This document shows positions 52,301 to 61,300 of a stretch of 64,000 nt of DNA, one piece after another (within the stretch, counting starts at the first letter, position 1; every line of letters starts with the position of its first letter). The DNA is taken from the IMG/VR virus record IMGVR_UViG_3300038393_003183, positions 4,656-68,655 of that record; one strand, written 5' to 3'. The stretch is from a virus. Taxonomy: Duplodnaviria > Caudoviricetes. Made by a program: the position numbers and the translations under genes. The notes below the pieces were generated by a model. It saw nothing but the letters and a program-made list of their open reading frames with translations, searched no databases and was not told the origin of the DNA.

Positions 52301-55300
52301 GCCAGCCGCAAGGTCGAGAAGCAGGACCAGGCGCTGCGCGTGCCGGGCGAGCCGCTGCGCGCGACTGAGACCATCAAGACCAAGCACGGCAAGTATGGCC
52401 ATGACCTGTGGCAGTTCCAGATCGAGCAGCGTGTCTCGACCGAGGAGTACAAGCGCCTGTCCGACGCCGCGCGCCGCCTCGGCGGCGACTACTCCAGCTA
52501 CCGCGGCAACGGGGCCATCCCTGGCTGGCAGTTCAAGACGCCGGAAGGGGCCGAGGCTTTCAAGAAGCTGATCGCGGGCGACGACAGCGCCGCCCGCGAG
52601 GTGGCGCAGGCGCGCCGTGATGCGTTCGATGACGACCGCTCGCAGTCGACCGTGGAGCGGCTACGCGAAATGGCCGAGCGTCTGGACGAGCAGGCCAGCG
52701 AGAGCGAGGGCCGCGAGCGCAAGACCAACACCGCGCGCCGCGCCGGCTTCGCCGCCGCTGCCGATGCCGCCGCGCGCCGCCAGCGCGCGATGGCCGAAAC
52801 GATGCGCAACCTCGCCGCCGGGATCGAGGCCGGCACGGTCAAGTTCCTCGACCGCGTGCGCGCGATGACCCAGATCGACCTGCTCAACACGCTGGCAGAG
52901 AAAGCCCGCGACAAGGCGGCCGATGCCGAGTTCCCGCTGGCCGAGGACAAGCAGCGCCGCACCTGGTCGCGCCCGCACGGCTACGACAAGCGGCTGGAGG
53001 TCAAGCCGACCGTGTCGGACATGGATCACGCCGAGTTCCCGAGCTACACGGCCTACCGCAGCGACCTCGCCACCCTCGGGCGCCAGTTGCTGGAGGTGGA
53101 CGGCACCAAGAAGCTGGGCGAGAAGATCATGAAGGTGGCCGATGACGTGACGGCGGCTTACCTCAAGTTCGCCAAGGAGAACCTGCACAGGGTCAGCACG
53201 TACACGAAGCGCAGGGGACCGGACGGCAAGGACGAGCCGGCGGTGTTTGAGAACAAGATCAGCGCCGAGCGCGCCATCGCCGCCAGCAACCTGAGCGGCA
53301 AGGCCATCGTGCTGCCGTTCAAGCGCGGCCAGAACATCATCGTCATGAGTCCGTCCGAGGCGATCGAGCACGCCATCTGGAAAGGCGACGGCGACAAGAA
53401 GATCACGCTGCACCCCGATTTCGGTGCCGAGCTGGTGGAAAGGCTGGCGCGCGTGAACCGCCGCCAGCAGCGCGTCAGCGTGCCGTGGACGTTCGACACC
53501 GCGTATGAACGCCGCAAGGCGCTCGCGCGCATGAACATCGAGTCGCCGGCCGAGCTGCGCGCGGCCCTGCGCGAGTATCTGGGCCTCAAGGTGGCACCGA
53601 AGGAAGCCGACCGCGTCAAGGAACTGGAGCGCCAGATGGTCGGGCGCCGCAACGACGGCCTCGACTTCTTCCCGACCCCCGCCGATCAGGCCGACGACAT
53701 GATCGCGGTGGCCGAGCTGGAAGCGGGCATGCGGGTGCTGGAGCCGTCGGCCGGCATGGGCCACATCGCAGACCGCATCCGCGAGGCCGGGGTGGAACCG
53801 GACGTGATGGAAATCTCGCCCGAGCGCCGCGAACTGCTGGAGGCCAAGGGCTACGAGTTGGTCGGCAACGACTTCATGGACATGAAGGCGGCACCACGCG
53901 GCTACACCTTTGGCGACCTGATGGAAGCGCCAGACGGCGTGCGCGGCATCGTGCGCGGCAAGGGTGGCATGGGGTCCGACCGCGTGCGGCTGGTGGATCC
54001 GGCCGACCCGACGCGCAACCTCGGCTTCTACAATTTCAGCGAGCTGCAGGGGATCGAGTACCGCGGCGTGCAGTCGGGTTACGACCGCATCATCATGAAC
54101 CCGCCATTCTCCAACCGCCGTGATGCAGAGCATGTGATGCACGCGTACAGCCTGCTCAAGCCAGGCGGGCGACTGGTGGCGATCATGGGCGAAGGCGTGT
54201 TCTTCGGCCAGGACAAGATGGCGCAGGCGTTCCGCGACTGGCTCGCGGAGCGTGGCGGCACCAGCGAGAAGCTGGCCGAGGGCACGTTCAACGACCCGTC
54301 GCTGCCGGTCAATACCGGGGTGAACGCCCGCATGGTGGTGATCGACAAGCCGGCCGATGCCGCGCAGGTGGCCGACACGATGTACTCCAAGGCGGTGCCA
54401 GACGAGACGCGCCGCAAACTGCTGGTGGCGGCGGCCGCCGCTGCCATCGCGCCGAACGCCAGCGCCGCCGATGTCGCGCTGGGCAAGGCCAAGCCGCTCG
54501 ACCCGAAACTGCTGGGGCAGCGCGTGCTGCCCGGCGTGGAGAAGGTGCTGCGCGACGGCCAGTCCAGCGGCACCACCAGCCTGAACGGCATCAAGGTGCT
54601 GCACCAGGCCATGAAGCTGATCGCGCTGTCCGGTCCCAAGGAACTGCGCCCGTTGGCTGCCCAGATCGACAAGCTGCTGCCCACCAGCGGCACCGTGATG
54701 GTGACGGTGGACGACACGCGCCACATGAACGTGCATGGCGCGGTCGAGCTGGAGCCGTTCGTGCATCTGCGCCTGTTCACCGCGCAGGGCCACCGCGGCA
54801 TGACCTACGAGACGGTCCTGCACGAAGCCCTGCACGTCGCGGTGGCGGCGCGCTACCGCTCGCTGTCGGTCGGCATGGTGCGCGGCAATGACAAAGTGAT
54901 CGGGATGGCGGCACCGCAGGCCGCCAAGGCTCTGGCGCAGTTCGAGGCGGTCTGGGACGAGTTCCGCAGCGCCGTGGCCGCCGAGCAGTTCGCCAACAAG
55001 GAGCTGGGGCTGGCCGTGGACGAGGCGCGCGCCAACCCGGACGAGTTCTTCGTGCGGGCGCTGACCGACCCGCTGCTGCAAGCCTACATGGCCGGCAAAC
55101 GCTACGAGGGCAGGACCCTGTGGGAACGCTTCAAGGACTGGGTCAAGACCTTCCTGTTCGGGATGGTGGAGACGGGCGGCACCGCGCCGTCCTGGCTGGA
55201 CGCGGCGCTGGCCGCGTCGGGCGACGTGGCCGAGGCCATGGGGCAGGACCGCGCCGACTTCAAGCGGCTGGCCGCGATCAACAACTACGAGCCGCCCAAG

Positions 55301-58300
55301 GCGCAGAACTCGCGCCGGGTGCAGGACGAAGGCGAGACCAAGCCGATTGCCGAGCTCCGGTTCCACCAGCTCGATGACGGCAAGTACCGCGTGGTCGGCG
55401 TCGGCAGCGACCGCGAGGTGGTGCTGGCCAATAACTACGACGAGGCTGGCCTGGCGCGCGCGCTGGGGGATGATCTCGCCGCCCGGATCGTCCGCGAGAA
55501 CGCCGGGCAAATCGACGGCCTGAACGTACGCGCCAAGATCGGCGCCGCCGAACCGCCGCCGCCAGAACCGCCTACCCCGAGCGCGCCACGCGGCCCGGTG
55601 TTCTACTCGGCGCTGGCGCGGACGATCCCCGACATGGCCAAGATCGCCAACAAGGACGGCATGGTGTCGCCAGAGCAGGCGCGCGCCTGGCTGGCGGCGC
55701 GCCAGAAGGAAGGCAAGTTCAAGGCGGCCGAACTGCTGTGGTCGGGCGTGGAGGACTGGCTCAAGCTCCAGCCGGGCAAGATCAAGGTGGACGACATCGC
55801 CCGCTTCGTGGACGAGAACGGGGTACAGGTACAGGAAGTCATCAAGGGCGAGCGGGGACCTGACACAGCAGGGCCGGCTGCAGACCGGGAAGACCGGGAT
55901 GCGGTGCTCGAGGAACTAGGCGAGGAGTACGGCCAGTTTCTGGAGGAGAACGGGCTGCCCGAACTCAGCGCCGACGAACTGCTTCTTCACCCGTCCCTGA
56001 CGCCTGAACAGCGTGACTGGCTGCGCGACTTCTCGGAGCGGTGGGAGTCGGCCGAGTGGGGCGACAGCGAGCCGAGCGAACAGCGGCCTGACGACCCAAA
56101 ATACGCCACTTACACCATGCGCGGCGGCGAGAACTACCGCGAACTGCTGCTGACGCTGCCTAGCGAGCATGTCGAGATCCGCGAGGACCTGATCGACTAC
56201 CTCCAGCAGCAGATGCGCGATGCCGGCTACCCTGGTCTGGCCGGGGAGGAACGTCGCGTGTTGCGCGAAGGCGGGCCGGACGCGATCGGCATGCTGGAGG
56301 ACTACCGCGACCGTCTGGGGCTGAATGTCAACGACGTTCTGGCGGCGAGCCGCAGCAGCGGCTATTTCAGCGGACATTGGGACGAGCCCAACGTGGTCGC
56401 CCATGTGCGATTCAACGACCGCACGGACGCCGACGGCAAGCGCGTGCTGTTCATCGAGGAGCTGCAATCGGACTGGGCGCAGGAGGGCAAGAAAGAAGGC
56501 TTCGCAGCCCGCCATACGCGTGCGTTGACCCGCGAGCAGCTCGAGGAACGCGGCGTGGAGTTCGTTCACAACCGCGGCAAGTGGCAGGCCAATTTTGAGG
56601 ATGGCCAGATCGCAGAAGCTGACACGCTCAGCGAGGCAGTGCGGCAGGTGAACGAGGACACTGATCCTGATTTTATTAACTGGCTCAGGGGCGGGGTCCC
56701 AAGCGGGCCGTTCGTCACCGACACCAAGGCGTGGGTGACGCTCGCGCTCAAGCGGATCATCCGCTACGCCGCCGAGCACGGCCACGACCGGATCGCGTTC
56801 ATCAACGGCCAGCAGAGCACCGAACGCTACGATCTCGCGCGCAAGATCAATGAGGTGGCCTACAACAAGCAAACCCAGTTCCTGCGGGTGCTGAGCAAGG
56901 GCGGCAAAGAGGTCTTCAACGACGTGCTGCCGCAAAGCGAACTGGCTGACTTCCTCGGCAGGGAGGTGGCCGACAAGATCGCGGCCGGCGGCAGCTTCGT
57001 GCAGTTGACGGGGCTGGACCTGCAACTCGGCGGCGAAGGCATGCACGCGTTCTACGACCGGATCGTGCCGCAGGCCGCCAACGAGCTGCTGAAAAAACTC
57101 GGTGCCGGCAAGATGGGCACTGTGGACATGCGCCCGCCCGACACGTTCGAGGACGGCCAACTGGTGTACGGCAAGGACCAGCAGGACGCGCTCTACACCC
57201 GGCAACCCGGCTTCGACATCACGCCCGCCCTGCGCGAGGAGGCGCTGACCGGGCTGCCGCTGTTCAATCAGGCACACGCGCCGGTGTTCTACTCGGCGCT
57301 GGCGCGCACCGTCCCCGCGATGGCGAAGATCGCCACCAAGGACGGGCTGGTGTCGCCCGCGCAGGCGCGCGCGTGGCTGGCCGCACGCCAGAAGGAAGGC
57401 AAGTTCAAGGCCGACGAACTGCAATGGTCGGGACTGGACGACTGGCTCAAACTCCAGCCCGGCAAGGTGGCGGTGGACGACATCGCGCGCTTCGTGGCCG
57501 AGAACGGCGTGCAGGTCAAGGAAACGCTGTACCAGGCCAGCCAAGAGGGCACCCAGACGATCGATGCGTTGAGCAGCCGTTACCCGGATGAGGTGGCGCA
57601 ACTGCGCGCCGCCGGCTTCAAGCCCGTCATTGAGGCCAACGCCGACGGCGACGACCAGCTGTATTTCTACCACGCCGACAACGACCACTACATTGACAGC
57701 CCGCTGGAGCTGCGCCAGATTTACGGCGCCGACCGGCAGACGGTCGATGCCGCCCAGGCGCTGTCCAACGCGTTTGCCAGCTCGGTCAGCAAATACCAGA
57801 ACGCCACCCGCTACGACAACTACACCCTGCCAGGTGGCACCAACTACCACGAACTGCTGCTGTCCCTGCCGCGCAAGGTGACGCCGCCGACCGCCGCCGA
57901 GGTGGCCCGCGTGCAGGCAGGTCGCGCCGCGATCTTTGCCCAATACCAGCCGCGGCTGGACGAGCTGATCAAGCAGGCAGAAGCCGAGCAACAGGCGGGG
58001 GACCTGGTCGCATCGCGCGCCCTGTACGGCGAATACAGCAGCCTGATGGCCGCCCGCGACCAGCGCGCCGCGCGCGAGGTGGGCGAAATGCCGCTCCCGC
58101 GCACCGAGCCGGTCCGGTACACGACTGGGCACTGGGACGTCGACAACGTGATCGCCCATGTGCGATTTAACGACCGCACCGACGCCGACGGCAAGCGCGT
58201 GCTGTTCGTTGAGGAGCTGCAAAGCGACTGGGGCCAGAGCGGCGCGAAGGACGGGTTCACCGGCCCCGAGGGCTACGCGCCTGGTGGCCTGACGGCCGCG

Positions 58301-61300
58301 CCGTGGGATGCCAGCCAGCCGTGGGGCTGGTGGCGCGTGCGCGACGGTCAGGGCAACTTCGTCATCAACATTGATCCGCGCGAACTGTACCACCGGCTCG
58401 GGCGCACGTTCGACCAGCCGATGACGGAAGCACTCGCCGTGCAGGACGCCGAGCGGCAGCTCCGGCTCGGCCACCGGCCGAGCGGCGAGAAAAACACCAC
58501 CCCGCGCGGCCCGTTCGTCACCGACACCAAGGCCTGGCTGTCGCTCGCGCTCAAGCGGGTGATCCGCTACGCGGCGGAACACGGCTATGACCGCGTCGCG
58601 TTCATCAACGGCGAGCAGAGTGCCGAACGCTACGACCTGTCCAAGCATGTCGATGAGCTGACCTGGCGCGTGGCCGACATCGGCGGCTACATGCTCCATA
58701 TCAAAGACGTTACTGGCAAGATCACCAACATCCGTGTCGAGGACGACAAGGAACTGGTCAACACGGTGGGCAAGGAGCTGGCCGAGCGCATCACCGAGTA
58801 TGCCAAAGCGGGCTTGGAGAGCGGGCGCATGCAGGGGCTGGACCTGAAAGTCGGCGGCGAGGGCATGCGCAAGTTCTACGACCAGATCGTGCCGCAGACC
58901 GCCAACGAGCTGCTGAAAAAGCTCGGCGGCGGCAAGGTCGAGCCGGTCCAGATGGGCGGCGACCAGTGGCGCGTGGTGGAAACCGATGGCGGCTCGTTCG
59001 TCGCGGTCGGCACCAAGGCGGGCGAGGAGAAACGCTTTGGCACGCGCGCGGCTGCGGACCAGTTCGTGGAACGCCAGCGCCGCGACACGATGCTCAAGCA
59101 ACCAGGTTTTGACATCACGCCGGCGCTGCGCGAGAGGGCGCTGGCCGGGCTGCCGCTGTTCGACCGCAAGGCGTCGTCCGCGATGCCCGGCGCGAGCGAT
59201 TTCGACCGCAAGCTGTACGCGCTCGTCCAGCATGGCAGCAGCGGTTATGAACTGCTGAACCGGATCGTGCGCGAGTCGGCCAACCCCGACTACCGCGCGC
59301 TGGCCGAGCGGCTGCTGGCCCTGCACGTCGACCCGGTGGTCGAGCTGGGCGCACCGATCACCGCCGCCGACTTCGCCACCAGCGAGGACGTGAACGGGGC
59401 CACCTACTACCCCGGCGAGCACCGCATCGAGCTGCACGAGCCGTACGACACCGAGCGCCACCTGCTGCACGAACTGATCCACGCCGCGACCTACCAGGGC
59501 CTGCGCGCCGGCGGGCGGGCCGCGCAGCAGATGCGGGCGCTGTTTGCCGAGGTACAGCGGCGCAACCCGACGCTGGCCGGCTACGGTATGAAGAACGTGG
59601 ACGAGTTCGTGGCCGAGGCGCACAGCAACCCGGCGTTCCAGGCCAGACTGCGCGCCATGCGCGACGGTCAGCGCAGCCTGTGGCAGCGGTTCGTGGACAT
59701 CATGCGCCGCATCATCGGCCTGCCTGAAGCCGCACGCGATCTGCTGGACAAGGTGCTGGCGGTCGGGCGCAGGGTGATGGCCGAAAACGCGCGGGCGCTC
59801 GGGGAGGCGGGCGAGTACGCGCCTGGCAACCGCAGCGCGGTCCCGGCTGGGCTGATTGATGTCGATGGCGTGCAGCGCCCGACCACCAACAGCCGCGGGC
59901 GACCGATCGCCGCCACGCCGACCGCGATCCGCAACTTCTGGCGCTGGTTCGGGGAGAGCAAGGCAGTGGACGAGCAGGGGCGCCCGTTGGCGCTCTACCA
60001 CGGAACGCCCGAGCAGGATGTGATCGACAGCTTCCGGCCCGCCGAAGGCGTCGACGGCCTGTACTTCTCCGACCACCCGGCTGTGGCGCAGGGCTACACC
60101 GGGCAGCGGGGGCTGTGGCTCGGGCGCCCGACCGGCGCGATCTACCCGGCCTATGTGGCGATGCAGAACCCGCTGGTGATCGACGCGCTCGGTCGGCGTT
60201 ACGACAATATCCCGGTGCCCTGGCAACCATGGCGGCCCAAGGTGTACGGCAACCTGCCGAAGAACGCCGTGAGCGTCATGGGCGCGCTGGCCTACGCGAT
60301 CGAACACGGCCACGACGGGCTGATCGTCAGGAACGTGATCGACACCGTGGACCGCGCTGGAACGACCAAGTCCGATGTCTACGCCGCACTGCGCCCCGAG
60401 CAGGTCAAGAGCGTGATCGGCAACAATGGCGCGTTCGACCCCGCCAGCCTGGAAATCCTCGGCAACCAGGGCTGGCGCCGCCCGGCCAAGCTGGAATGGG
60501 AGCGCGGCGACGAGAACAATCTGGACCCGGCTCTCAAGGGGCACCTGCTGGAGTCGTACCTGCCCGACGGCAGCACGCTGCTGCTCTACCATGACGCCGA
60601 CGGCGCTACCCTGTCGCATGTGAGCGAAGACGGCCACGACCTGCTGATCACGGATGGCACTGACGCGCCGGCAGCTTCCCTGCACTTCGAGACGCCCGAG
60701 CAAGCCAAGGACGCCGCGCAGAAGGTCTACGAGCGCATCGTGGAGGACACCAACCCGTTCGGTGCGCCGCCCGACATGCTCGGCAACCAGAGCGCCCGTT
60801 TTGGCCAGGCGGTGGCAGAAGCGGCCAACAACATCAACAACGTGCGCCTGCCCGCCGGTTACGTGCTGGGCGACTTCCTGCGCAGCCACGGCAAGATCAA
60901 CTGGTGGCACAAGACCATCGGCACGATGGACAACCTGGCGCGCAAGCACCCGGCGTTCGCGCTGGTCTACCGCCGCGTGCAGCAGTTCCTGAACGACGTG
61001 TCGCGCTTCGCCAACCAGGCTGCCGACGCGGCACCGACCCTGCTGCCGCAACTGGAGACGTGGCGCGACATCGTCGGGCGCAACCGCAAGAAGGCGGTGT
61101 CGGCCGAGGACACGCGCGCCATCGCCGCCCCGATCTTTGAGGGCACGCTGCTGTGGACCCGCGACGGTGCCGGCCGCCCGGTCAAGCTGGCCGACCTCGA
61201 GGACCGCGCCCAGACGATGAGCGTTGCCGACATGGCGCGCGAGCTGATCGCCGCCGGCGAGATGACCGAGGAGGAAAACCGCGCCTGGCAGACCGCGTCG

